Positions 1 through 12,024 of a stretch of 64,000 nt of DNA are shown here, in pieces. The stretch is from Camelus dromedarius. Lineage: Eukaryota. Position 1 is the stretch's first letter. Every line of letters starts with the position of its first letter. Under the pieces are notes generated by a model, which was not told the DNA's origin, did no database searches, and saw nothing but the letters and a program-made list of their open reading frames with translations. The stretch lies in assembly GCF_036321535.1 (NCBI RefSeq), contig NC_087447.1, positions 39,434,001 to 39,498,000 of the forward strand, written 5' to 3'. A program made the position numbers and the translations under genes.

Positions 1-339
1 ACTATCACTGAGGCTGTCACTGTGACTACTTATTATTATACCTATCATTGCGTCCCTGTCTGGTTCTTTTCCCTCCTTGCTCTCAATACCTCCAACACTC
101 CCCAGACCTGCTTCTCCCAGACTCATCCAAGACACAGTTAAATCCTCCCCTATAGACACCAGAGAACTTAGCGGGGGTCTGAATAAACTGCCCCAGTTCA
201 AGTTGGAGTCTGCTTTCTTCTTGGAGCACATCTACTCTCATCTACTCTACCATCAAGAAAGGAGTCAGAATCAGGAAGCAGAAAGGACCTGCTGGTCACA
301 AGGCCTGCTCAGCACCAGCCACATCATTACACTGCCTGG

Positions 340-520
340 GGCGGTCCTCACAGTCATAGAAGGAGGTATCATTACTCTCACTTTACAGAAAACATAAAAT
401 GAAATAGAGAGAGAGGTCAAGCGGCATGATTGAAGGTCACACAGAAGTAACTAGGGAGGCCAGGATTAAATGAGGGGCTGTCTGATTCCAAAGACTGGCT
501 GGACCCTTACTTTTAATCAC
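340..520 (-). mobile_element. MIR SINE
   Basis: Reverse-complement MIR core: ctttacagaaa...gagaggtcaag...aaggtcacacag...ccaggatt...ctgtctgattccaaag. Confidence 0.7.
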
Positions 521-1074
521 CACAATCTCATAAAATCTTCCATCCTCGGGTGGGCAGGAGTGGCCATCCCTTTGATTAACAGCCCACAGAAGGAAAGTAA
601 GTCATTCAGTTCCATGTGGCCTTCCAAACAGAATTGCCAAAGGAACAAAGAGTGTTTTAGATCTAAATAAACCAGACTGGCTGTGTGTGGGAACAGGGTC
701 ACTGTTAGCATCCCACCCCTTCCTGATGTGACCTGGACACAGCGACAGTTGTGAAATGGAAGGGCTGTTAAAGGAGCCAGGCCAAGGATGTGCGTGAGCA
801 GACACTCATCTGGGCGGCACCTCCACTACACCCAGAGCCCTGGTCCAGAGCTTACCATGGCCAGGCTGCCAAGCAGAATTCCAAGTCATAAACCCTCTTA
901 AAGGCACAGAGCACATGCTCCACCTTGACTAATGGGAAGCACAAACCCCATCTGCTCCCTGCCTTCCCTCCTAGCGTCCAGTTCCAGGAGGAAATGCTGG
1001 CAGTTACCGTAGCCAGCACTTCTACGTGCACTTTAGACACCTCTCTCCCACCCGTGATCTCATTCCACCACATG

Positions 1075-1285
1075 TGGATATGGAGTCAAGAGTCCTCAGG
1101 TTAAACCCCAGCTTTGCCATTTTCTGGCTGTGGGCTTTGGGTAAGTTACTTCCCTCACTGCTACAGCCCTGTGAGATTTTCACTGGAGATGAGATACTTT
1201 GGCTCAGAGAGGGCACCAGTGTAAATGGCAGAAAATGGTTTTGTAGCCAAGCTGTATGATTCCAAATCCAAGACTGTTTCCCAAA
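1075..1285. mobile_element. Two MIR fragments in opposite orientation
   Basis: Plus strand: ggagtcaaga...ggttaaaccccagctttgcca...ttgggtaagttactt. Then minus strand: ggctcagagagg...aaatggcaga...tgattccaaatcc. Confidence 0.55.
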
Positions 1286-1904
1286 AAATACCTGGTCCAT
1301 AAAGAAAGGAAAATCTCAGCAAACAGAGCATCTTTGCTGCTTCTCCTACCACCATCTGAAATACAACCAACCAAACTCAACCATTGGCCAACTCATGTTA
1401 GGCAGATGGGTAAAGTTCTCTGTCCCATTCAAGCTCCATCAGTAAAACACCCCAGGATGCATGAGATCTGTAGCTCCTTTGTAGAACACCATGACATCTC
1501 CTGGGTAGCACAGACTGCCTACGGAAAGGCCTCAGCCTTGTGGGATGCAGCCTCTCTCTGCAGTGCAAATGATGACCAAGAATTCAAGATGGCGGGAGTC
1601 TGGATACTGGGGCTGATACAGTCCATGTGCTCCTGAGGAAGAGCCCAGTAGGGCACTGGCTGGCTGAGGACCATGCATAAGGCCCATAGATACTCCTTCA
1701 GTTCTTAGATACTCCTGCCTGTTTCCTATACTTGTAAAGGGATGAAGTCACTGTGACTTTTGGAGACCAGGCTACTGGCCAATACTTAGCACCACTGCAC
1801 TCCTAGGGTAGACCTTCTAACTTGTCATTCTTGGTCTCCTTTCTCTAGGAAGAGCTGGAGCCACACTTTGCATTACTTGGTGACAGAGTCCAAAGAGGAG
1901 TCGT

Positions 1905-2260
1905 TTACTACTCATTCATTCATTCATTCAGTCACCTTGCCAGGCATTGGGGATGCCATTGTGACAAGACAGAACAAGGCCCCTGCCTTCTCAGACTTAG
2001 TGGAGGGACATGAGATTTGGGGCAGGTGGACCAGGACTCTACCTTCAGCCCCAGTATTTACCATCCAGATGATCTCACCGTTTGCTAAACTCTCTGAACC
2101 TCAGTTCCCTTGGGTGTCAGATGTGCGCAATGATGCCGCCCTCATATGATTCAGTGAGTGGAAGGATTTACTCAAATACAGGTGAAAGTGCTTTGCTAAC
2201 TGTAAAGATCATATCAACTTTAGTAATGACTGTTTATAATGTGACCATTATTATTATCAT
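1905..2260. mobile_element. L2 3' end (minus) followed by MIR (plus)
   Basis: (cattc)n tail plus tgccaggcattggggat; then ctctctgaacctcagttcc...gtgaaagtgcttt. Confidence 0.6.
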
Positions 2261-2389
2261 TGCTACACTTTTCCATTCAGGAAGTTTTCTCTGCCTGACC
2301 TGCTTACTGTGACAGAATTTGAGTAAAATCTTCTTTGAACAGCAGGCTCCAACAGTACTGACTGACCTACTCTGGATCATTTGCCTACT

Positions 2390-4052
2390 TTGTTTTGAGA
2401 TATAAATTCACATACTACACAATCCACCCATTTAAAGCATACAATTCAGTGATGTTTAGTATATTCACAGGGTTGTATGACCATCACCAAATCCAAATCT
2501 AATTTTAGAATATTCTCCTTGCCCTTAAAAGGAACATCATGGCTGTCAGCAGTCACTCCCTGTCCCTCCTATCAACCCCTTCTGCCCACCATAAACAACC
2601 AGAATCTTTTTGTCCCTATAGATTTGCCTATTCTGGACCTTACATGCAAGTGGAATCGTACAATATGTGGTCTTTTGTGACTGGCTTCTTTCATTTAGCA
2701 TAATGTTTTCAGGGTTCATCCATGTTGTAGCATGTATCAGTAATTCATTTTTCTATTGCTGAATACCATTCTATTTCATAGATAAAACACATTACATTTA
2801 TCCAATTATCAGTAATAGAAATTGTCAATGTTCATAGCAGCACTATTTACAATAGCCAAGACATGGAAACAGCCTAAATGTCCATCAACAGATGACTGGA
2901 TAAAGAAGATGTGGTATATTTATACAATGGAATACTACTCAGCCATAAAAACCGACAACATAATGCCATTTGCAGCAACATGGATGCTCCTGAAGAATGT
3001 CATTCTAAATGAAGTAAGGCAGAAAGAGAAAGAAAAATACCATATGAGATCGCTCATATGTGGAATCTAAAAAACAAACAAACAACAAAGCATAAATATA
3101 AAACAGAAATAGACTCATAGACATAGAATACAAACTTGTGGTTGCCAAGAGGGCGGAGGGTGGGAAGGGATAGACTGGGATTTCAAAATTGTAGAATAGA
3201 TAAACGAGATTATACTGTATAGCATAGGGAAATATACACAAGATCTTATGGTAGCTCACAGAGAAAAAAATGTGACAATAAATATATATATGTTCATTTT
3301 TGACTGGAAAATTGTGCTCTACACTGGAATTTGACACAACATTGTAAAATGATTATAAATCAATAAAAAATGTAAAAAAAAGAGAAATTGTGTTATTTTC
3401 ACTTTTTGGCTATTACAAAAAATGCTGCTAGGAACATTCGTGTGTAAGTTTCCATGTAGACATTTTCTTTAGGTATGTTTTAATTTCTCTTGTGTATATG
3501 CTTAAGAGTTGGATTGCTGGGTCTAACAGCAACGGTAGCTCTAAGCGTAACATTTTTAGGAACTGTCAGACTGTTTTTCAAAGCTTCTGCACCATTTTAC
3601 ATTCCCATCAACATTATTCTAGTGTTCCAATTTCTCCACACCCTCACCGACGCTTGTTGTCTTGTCTTTTTTATTTTAGTCATCCTAGTAGATGTGAAGT
3701 GATATCTCCTTGGGGTTTTGATTTGCATTTTCCTAATGACTAATGAAGTTGCATATCTTTTCATGGGCTTAATGGCCATTTGTATATCTTACTTGGAGAA
3801 ATGTCTATTCAAATCTTTGCTCATTTAAAATTTGTGTCATTTGTCTTTTAATTATGAGTTGTGAGAGTTTTTCACATATTTTGGATACAAGCCCCTCATC
3901 AAATATATAATTTACCAATAACTGTCTCCCATTCTGTGAGATGTCTTTTCACTTTCTTGATGATATTGTTTGCAACACAAAGGTTTTAGATTTTGGTGAA
4001 GTCAATTTATCGAGTTTTTCCTTTGTTGCTTATGCTTTTGGTGTCATATAAG
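2390..4052 (-). mobile_element. Old L1M (L1MB-like) 3' end, interrupted by a young L1
   Basis: ttgagatataaattcacatac...ttaaagcatacaattcagtg...; the antisense ORF2 C-terminus (MQIKTPRRYHFTSTRM) resumes after 3383. Confidence 0.85.
2826..3382 (+). mobile_element. Young camelid L1, 5'-truncated, with 9-bp TSD AGAAATTGT
   Basis: ORF2 end (MFIAALFTIAKTWKQPKCPSTDDWIKKMWYIYTMEYYSAIK), 3' UTR, AATAAA and A tail. AGAAATTGT at 2817-2825 and 3383-3391. Confidence 0.95.
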
Positions 4053-4549
4053 GTCTACTTCTTAAATGGGCTCTGCCTTTTAAAATCTGTGTCTGTTATT
4101 TAAATAAAACTTTGATATTAAATATCTAGCACTAATCCCAAATTAGGGGAAAAAAATCAATGAATCATCACTATATTCTTAAACAAGTTACAATACTTGA
4201 ATAAGCCCAATTGAAATCTTGTTATGAAAGAAGTAGGGAAAGGATGGACTTTTCAAGCTGGCAGGATGGCATCTGAGAAGGGCTAGGTAATATCCCTGTT
4301 TCCCTCACCATCACACAATGCAAAATACTTGGCAGGGGACCTGCTGTAAGAGGCAAAAGCATGAAAAAAAAGTACTGAGACTGAGATTTTAAGGAAAGAA
4401 ACAAGGCTATTACATGTCCTGCATCTGTGTCCAAGGGCCAAGCAAGGCCAAGTCTGGATTCCAAGGCCACTTTTCTTACCCTCCCCTCCCCACTTACCAC
4501 CCAGGAGGGCCTACGAATATGATGGAGCTCTTCAAGAGATTTGACAGGA

Positions 4550-4916
4550 CGCAGAGCCTTCGAACACACTAGTCCCTCTGCCTGGAAAGTTCCCTGCTCC
4601 CAGACCATCACTGAGCCAACTCCTACACTTCTATTCACTCATATTTCATTTGTTGGTTCCTAAGGAAAAACTTCTCTGACCTCCACCTGTCCAGTGAGTT
4701 CACGTACCTCTGAATACATTTTCATTAGTACCTGTACTTTCTCATCATGATACTTCTCACAATTTCTGTCTGTGCATTTAACTATTTCATCATCTGTCTT
4801 TTTCAGTACAACCTCCACGCACACAGTTTGTGTCTGCTTTGCTCACAGTTATAGGCTTATCACAAAGCTTGATATAAAGTAGATGCTCAATAAATATTTG
4901 TAGAATAAATGAATGA
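4550..4916 (+). mobile_element. L2 3' end
   Basis: ccctctgcctggaa...agtagatgctcaataaatatttgtagaataaatgaatga. Confidence 0.75.
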
Positions 4917-5464
4917 TCACAGGAACTGGGAAGTCCCTCCAGAATGGCCCATTTTTTTCAGACAGGTTTGTTTTCAGGGTCCTCATGGAACGAGAATAAT
5001 ATAAAAAGATCACCCCACAGTAGACAGAGCAGGAAAGCATACTTTCTGTCTGTAAGGTGGCTTTAGCAGTACAGGGCCTGCTCTGCCATGGGAACTGACG
5101 GGATCTTCAGGCTGGGCAGGGAGCACGAGGAGGCAGCATGAGATGCCTAACTGCTCATGAAATCAGCATTTCAGGAGCAATAGGCAGAAAGAGGCTGGCA
5201 GCAAAGGGCTTGCTCCTGGGGAACTGAACCTGCAGGTGGAGGAGGTGAAGAGTAAGAGCTGTCAGCACCCACGATGCCTCAGACACCACAGCAAAGCAGT
5301 TCACCCTCATGGGAACTCGTCTGAGGAAAGAACTACTTTCTGGAAATCCTCAGCCAAATTGGCCAAATCATCCTGACAAATATGCCTCCTAAGATTGCAA
5401 CATTTGCCTTTACCAGCCTATTCAGTTACACGTAATTTTATAAAATGTGAGGGTTATTTTTTAG

Positions 5465-5790
5465 TTCAAACATTCCACTTATGTCCACAAACAACTTCTG
5501 AGCAAGTACTATGAGTCAGGTGCAGTGCTGGATAAAAGGACACCTGGATAAACACGCTGTGGTCCCTCTTTCCAAGAAGATCACGATCTAGGGGTGAGAC
5601 AAATTGTCAGCAGATAATTAAGATGAGCCATGAGTGCCCTGATGGAGCCTTAAAGAAAGGTCTGAGAAGATAGTGATTCCTTTTGTCTTGGAGGTGGCCT
5701 GGGAAGGCCTCCTGGAAGAGGTGATTCTTGAGATGGGTCTTGAAATACGAATCAGAATAATCAAGGGAACAGGATGGGATTGAGAGGTGA
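5465..5790 (-). mobile_element. L2 3' end
   Basis: tactatgagtcaggtgcagtgctgg...gggaaggcctcctggaagaggtga...tgagatgggtcttgaa. Confidence 0.65.
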
Positions 5791-6899
5791 AGATGTGTCA
5801 AGATGGAGCCCCAGCCCACATCTCTAAATGACTCACCATCGGTGCCCCCACGCCCTCACATTTCCTGCTTTCCACCACCCGCAGCTTGGCATGCATTGCC
5901 CTCCACCTTCCTTCAGACACAGTGCAAAGCTCCCTCCTGCATGGAGCAGCATGCTCCCATTCCTTCTGGCCCTCCGCAGAGCTGGCTGCTCCTGCTCCGG
6001 TGTAACACTGAGAGCTGTATTTGCACCTGTTCATTTGCCCCCTTCTCTTCCTCGCCCTGCCTAAGGCCTCCCAACACATACTAGTTGTTTGGTGAATGTT
6101 GGTTGAATTAAGTAATTAATTAACCTACCACGCAGTGGGAGACATTGAAGAATGTTCCACGGCCTGGTTCCTCTGGATATAATTTTAGAATAGACTGGCT
6201 CAATCAGGCCACTTGTATTAGAGAGAAAACCCAGGCTCTACTTAAGTTTTTCCCTGATTCACTGAAGAGAAAATAGGTTTCCTTTTTTCTTTTCAGTGAC
6301 TGTGCATCCTCCACTCATGCACCAAGACCCTGTACGTTCTCTGAGGGACTCCCCACCTGTGCCAGGCAGGCAGTGCCCAGGCCCAGCCATCCCACTGCTG
6401 TAGGGGACTGCTCCTGGCCTTGGGCATCACTGTGAGACTTAGAGCACATGCAGTGAGCCCTTTGGGGACACACGCTTCTCTCCACTGCTTCTGTCTGCCA
6501 CACCGCTGCCCACCCAGAGTCTGGGTCTGTCCCTCCCCAGCAGCAGCCCTTTCCCCAGTGGCCCTGCTCCCCCAGGTATTATCAGGGTATAGGGAGATGA
6601 GACTGTCTGCATCTCTAACTCAAGCATTGTGCAAGTAGCTGTTATATCTATTTTATGAAAGACAGAAACTGAGTCTCAAAATGGCAAAATAACTTGCCAG
6701 GGATGCTCTTGTCTACATAGCTAGCTAGGCATTACCCTTCATGTTCGATAACTACACATTAACTGGATTTTGAAGAAATAAGGGGAGGGGACAGCCATGT
6801 CTTGTGGGCTGGTGCATATCTGGTTACAGACAGTGCAGGCCACCCACTACCACCACCAGTAACAACCCCCACTCCACTGACCTTTCTGCCTCACCCTCA

Positions 6900-7590
6900 A
6901 TTAGTCCTTCATTCATGTATGAATGTTTATTTCCTAGGTACAGCTCTAAGCTCTGGGACACAGCAATAAGCCAGGCAGGCATCTGACTTTACCTTCCAGT
7001 AGGTATAACAGAAAATAAATACATAAGTACATAACATAATTTTGGATAGTTAATAAATGCTATGCAAAAAAAATCAGGTGCTATTAATATTCTAGATCTT
7101 AAATTTGTTGGTGGGTTCACAAGTATTGGCTACATGATCATGCTTCATAACCTACCTATTCTTTCTGTATTTTTGTGTATGCTTCAAATTCAATATTATA
7201 TAATTTAAAAGTTCTGCTTAAAAAAGATTGGGATAAGAGGATGGAGAGTGATTTTGATGGGGAGTGTGGGTAGCTTAGATGAAGTCATCAGAAGAGACTT
7301 CTCCTCAGATGTATATTTAAGCTGAAATCAGAAAATGAGAGGGAGCCCCCAGGACAAAGGCCTGAAGGAGGGCTAATCTTGACAGCAGGACAGGGAGGGT
7401 GAAGGCCCCGCTGAGAATGACTTGGGAGTTCCAGAAGCAGCAGGGACCGCAGCCTGGCAAGTGAGAAGGAGAATGGGAAGGAGGAGGTGGGCGGAGTAGG
7501 CAGGGCCCACCCAGTGCAAGGATATTGGGCGCGTGGATGCTGGGTGCACGGACCCTAGATGTTTTTCCAAGTGTAAAGGAAGGTGGGTTT
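6900..7590 (-). mobile_element. L2 interrupted by a short L1ME 3' fragment (~7075-7225, plus)
   Basis: L2 tail ttcattcatg...ctctgggacacagcaataa...taaatgctatg; L1ME-type tattctagatcttaa...gtgggttcacaagt; L2 resumes at gggataagaggatggagagtg. Confidence 0.6.
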
Positions 7591-8029
7591 TCTTTCTAAA
7601 TGATTAGTCTCTCAGGAAACTACAGCTGCCCCTCTCATTTCCCCACCTCGCCTCCCCTCTGTCCTCACGCGGTCAGGGTCTATGTGGATATGCCAGAGCC
7701 AGACCTTCATTCCAGACTTACCAACTCCCAGAGGGGGAGCTTTGTTTTTACAGGGCAAGAAAGCAGAACAAGTAAAGCTTTAACTTCATGCTGCTTTTAC
7801 AGGTGGTGGTAAATCCATGTTGCTAATAAGCGTCAAGTTCAAATATGACTGAAATGATGCTCTAGTCACTTGATTTATATTGAATTACCAACGTTTTCAC
7901 GAAACCATGTCCCCTCTCCGCTTAATAAGGCTAATAACTCCTGCCATCCTTGTTCAGCCTCCTCAAAACTCTCCGGTGATGTCTGCCTGAACCCCAGCCT
8001 TTGGGCAAGATAAGAGAGTGGGGAAGGCG

Positions 8030-8250
8030 GGCAGTGTAAAGAGCCCGGGGGTGTGGTCTGGAGGCCTGGCTTTAGCGCTAGCCACGCCTCTTATCAGCTG
8101 AGTGACTTTGGACAGACGGTTTAACGTCTCTGACCTCATTCTCTCATCTATAAACCCAGAACAAATTCTTTCTCAGAAATAAAGTATGGGGAAAGTACTT
8201 AGCATGGTGACTGGGATGCAAGAAGAAATCTGTAAAAAATGAGTTGAGTC
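8030..8250 (+). mobile_element. MIR SINE
   Basis: agtgtaaagagc...agctgagtgactttggacag...tctctgacctcattctctcatctataaa...aaagtacttagca. Confidence 0.7.
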
Positions 8251-8254
8251 CAGT

Positions 8255-8452
8255 GGGGAGGGTATAGTTCAAGTGGTAGCACATGCTTAGCATGTGTGAC
8301 GTCCTGAGTTCAATCCCCAGTACCTCCATCAAAAAAAAAAAAAATTAAATAGGTAAACCTAATTACCTCCCCCAACCAAAAAAAATTTTTTAATTAAATT
8401 CTTACTTAAATTTTAATTAAATTCTTAAATTAAAAAAATTTTAAATAAATTT
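8255..8452 (+). mobile_element. tRNA-Ala-derived camelid SINE (vic-1 type) with extended AT-rich tail
   Basis: ggggagggtatagttcaagtggtagcacatgcttagcatg...gtcctgagttcaatccccagtacctcca (A box 8265-8276, B box 8306-8316), poly(A), then taaacctaattacctcccc. Confidence 0.9.
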
Positions 8453-8764
8453 GAACTTCATTAGTGCTGCCTCATTTATCACTGAGCATTTTCCTTCTTG
8501 TTTTTTTAAATGACTATAATAGTCATTGTAGACTATGTATAAAATTCTAAATAGTGTAAAGTAGGAAACTGAAACCATAATTCTACCACTCTGAGATAAT
8601 TACTCTTAAAATACCCATGTGTTTCCTCTTAGGTTTTTTTTTCTCTGTACCTATGTTCATATTTGGATAGCACTGTTTATTCCATTTTAAATATGGCTCT
8701 TTTCATCTAGTACTTTGTTTCATAAATTTCCTAAGTCACTAAAATATTCTTTGAAAACCTGGGT

Positions 8765-9620
8765 AGTAAACAAAGAGAAAGATGTCTGCTGTGTGGGAAT
8801 GGACCGTAGGGGTGAGGAGTGGGAGCAGCAGGAGTAGATCTGAGGCTACTTTAGGGCCATGGTGGCCGCATGGGTGGGAGTGCTGGGAGCAGTGCAAAGC
8901 ATTCAGCTTCAGAACTACTGGGAGGGAAGAGGAGACAGGTCTTGGAGTTGAATTCAATGCGAGTGTTCGGAGAGAGAGAGCACAGATAAATCCCAGTGTT
9001 TAGACCAAGCAGCTGGGTGGAGACTGGTGCTGTTTCCTGGGATGAGGGTATCGAAGGAGCAGATGGGGAGAACGCGCATGGCCACAGGGATGTGCTAGCC
9101 TCGGGGCCTTCTAGAAGACTTCGATCAGGGGATGAAGGGTAGTGGGGCAGATCAGACTCAGTGCTCAGACACAGCTGACATATGATCCCTCAGAGTTGCA
9201 AAATGTTTCCCAAATTGCACCCTGTGAGCAAGTCAGAGGCAGCCCCACTGTCTGAGTGCCAGATTACATAACAAAACTAGGGCTCCTACCTTTTCTGAAA
9301 GAGGAAATCCTAGACACACCTTTCATCAGTTAAATGCTGACACAGTGTGCATTCCACAAGTAATTTCTGACTGCTTACGTTGTGCCTGACACTGTTCTAA
9401 ATACTAGCCACACAGCAGTGAACAGATAAAATTCCCTGCCTTTATGGGGCTGATATTCTAGCGGGCAAGGCCATAAGTAGTATTTAGTATGTTCAATAGT
9501 GGTAAGTGCTGTGGAGAAAAATTAAATAGAGAAAAGGGCTAGGGAGTGTAGAGGGGTGGGGTTGCAATTTTAAATATCATGGTTAGAAAGGCCTCACCAG
9601 TCAGGTGACATCTGAGCCAT
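8765..9620 (-). mobile_element. L2 fragments (approx. 8765-9060 and 9340-9620)
   Basis: ccaagcagctgggtggag...gtgctgtttcctgggatgaggg; tgtgcctgacactgttctaaatact...ccctgcctttatggggctgatattctag...aagtgctgtggagaaaa. Confidence 0.65.
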
Positions 9621-9767
9621 ATGGGGGTGAGGGTCTGGGGGATGAGGAATAATCAGGGATCCTTGGGCTTCTCGTGGTGAGTGATATAAAGAGGACTAAT
9701 GAGATGAGTTCTGATGGTCTCAGGCAGAGAATAGTGGTAAAGCTGTAATGTTAGGGGGTGGACAGGG

Positions 9768-10283
9768 TGTATTAATTAGGGTTTTCAAGAGAACCAGAAC
9801 CAACAGGAAATAAATAGGTATATATGATATATTTACAGACACAGAGAAATTTATTATAAGGCATTGGCTCATGTGATTTATGAGGCAGGATCTGATGAGA
9901 GGTCCCAGGATCTACTGTCTGCAAGCTGGAGACCCAGGAAAGCTGATGGTGTAGTTTGAAGACCTGAGAGCCATAGACGCAGTGGTGTAGATTCCAATCT
10001 AAGTCTGAAGGCCTGAAAACTAGAAAGATATGTTGTTCCAGCTCATGCAGGCAGGCACATAGCAAAGTCAACTTTCTTCTACCCTTTTGTTCTATTCAGA
10101 CCCTCAGCATATTGAATGATACCCACTCACACTGGGGAAAGCCATCTACTTCATTCAGTATATAGTGTAAAATGCTAATCTCTTCCAGAAACAACCTCAC
10201 AGACACACCCAGAAATAATGTTCAACCAGCTCTCTGGGCCTCTCATGATCCAATCCAGTTGACATATAAAATTATCTATCACA
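9768..10283 (-). mobile_element. MLT2 (ERVL) solo LTR with 5-bp TSD CAGGG
   Basis: Termini TGTATTAATTAGGGTTTTC...GTTGACATATAAAATTATCTATCACA. CAGGG at 9763-9767 and 10284-10288. Confidence 0.92.
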
Positions 10284-11054
10284 CAGGGGTAGGGAGGAGG
10301 GTGTGTCAGGAGCACACAGAGCTCATGATTTCTGTCTGGACTCCTGTTCTCCTATGTAGAGAACAAGGATTCCTGTAGGGCACTCCCTTGATTTCTTGAT
10401 TTCTGCTGATGGAAGCCTGAGAGGCCAGGGGAGGGCAGGGGACTGTGGATAGAACTCAGGATGGGAATGTAGGCCAGAACTCAGAGAAATAGGCAGTGTC
10501 ACTTCTCCAGCAGGCTAAGGATGATGGGACACTGGTGGCATTGCTATGTCAGCTGTGCTGTGGCCCAGAAGGGTGCCTGGACTCTCACACTCTGAATGGA
10601 ACCTCTGAATATAATTGAAGAGCTACAGATAAAGATTAGCCAAGTCATTTATGTTCATAACACTCTCAATGTCTAGCACGTAGAAGGTACTTGTCATTCA
10701 TGTAGCAGACACTTGATATATACTGTAAATTAAGCCAAATGAATATATTTTCAAAAAATAAAGTCTATTATTTATTCAAAACCCTGCTGTGTCCAAAGTT
10801 TCAGGTTAGGTGCTGGGGGGATTAAAAAAAGGCAAATAAGACACAAGAATTACCCTTAAGAAATTTATATTCATATGTTAGAATAGAAAATATACACTAA
10901 AAGAACAAAATTCAACCCAACCAAGTTAGGGAAATTTGGGACCAAATCAGTGAATGAAATAATGGTTCCAAATACAATCTTCAGATACTTGAAAGAAATC
11001 ATTATCAGAAATCTTTAAAATGATAGAGGTGAAGAACCTAGGAATTCATTTAGT

Positions 11055-11117
11055 CAGAATTACTCAAACTTTTTGACCATGACCTACAATGAGAAATATA
11101 TTTAATACATCAATTCA

Positions 11118-11167
<50 letters not shown>

Positions 11168-11324
11168 ATACCTAATTGAAACAAGTCTCACTTATTCTTG
11201 ATATTTATGATATGCATTCTGATACAGTCTATTCCATTTATTATTTTTTGAGAGCTGGTCTCAACCCACTAAACTGATTTCACAACCCACTAATGGGTTG
11301 CTATCTACGGTATGAAAGACACGG
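11055..11324 (+). mobile_element. hAT-Charlie MITE (MER119-like) containing a (CA)n run
   Basis: cagaattactcaaactttttgaccatgacctacaatgagaaata...acccactaaactgatttcacaacccactaatgggttg...tgaaagacac. Flanks atttagt / atctagtc resemble a hAT TSD. Confidence 0.7.
11121..11162. repeat. (CA)21 microsatellite
   Basis: Direct read. Confidence 0.98.
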
Positions 11325-11929
11325 ATCTAGTCTAAACTCCTTATCCCATACCTTCAGCCCAGGCGTTCTGTGGGATTCTAGGTAAATTATGACTTGCTGA
11401 CCTCACAATAAACTTTGAATTTTGATTCTGCAAGAATCAAGGGGAAAAAGAATCCAGGCTCATTCTACTCACTATCATGCCTCTGATAGCTAGTACTCTG
11501 ACTGGCGCACAATAGATGTTCAAGAAGTTGGTTAAATGAATAAATGAAAGCCAAAGTCCCACAGCCACTTAGCTAAGAATGATACCTTCTTCCAAAAACA
11601 AGCTAGAACAATCAGACAATTGTTGGCTGTTAAGCAATAGCAGCTATTTCACAATTCCATAAGAAAATAAATTTTAATTTCAAATGTAAAAATAAATCAC
11701 TGTCATGGTACTTTACATGTCATCAGTATATTGCTTTAGATAATTACACACTGTTTTGTGTATATATATCCTCATTTATCCCTTGTACCTCTGGCTAATG
11801 GATTGCAAGCACTTGGATGAAGTAGAGGTCTTCTTTGTTCCCACCAACTGCCTAATAGTAGGCTGGGCAATTAGGCAATAAATCTTTTGGGGAAGAACAA
11901 CTGAAGTCATAATAGGATTTATTTCTCTT

Positions 11930-12024
11930 CCATTATTTTATAACAGTTTTATGAGGTGTAACTGACATATAATAAACTACACATATTTAAAGTGTGCAAC
12001 TTTTGACACAAATATATACCTGTG
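11930..12024 (-). mobile_element. Old L1M extreme 3' end (left part of the element that resumes at 14471)
   Basis: aacagttttatgaggtgtaactgacatataataaactacacatatttaaagtgtgcaa is a typical L1MB/MC terminus in antisense. Confidence 0.8.
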
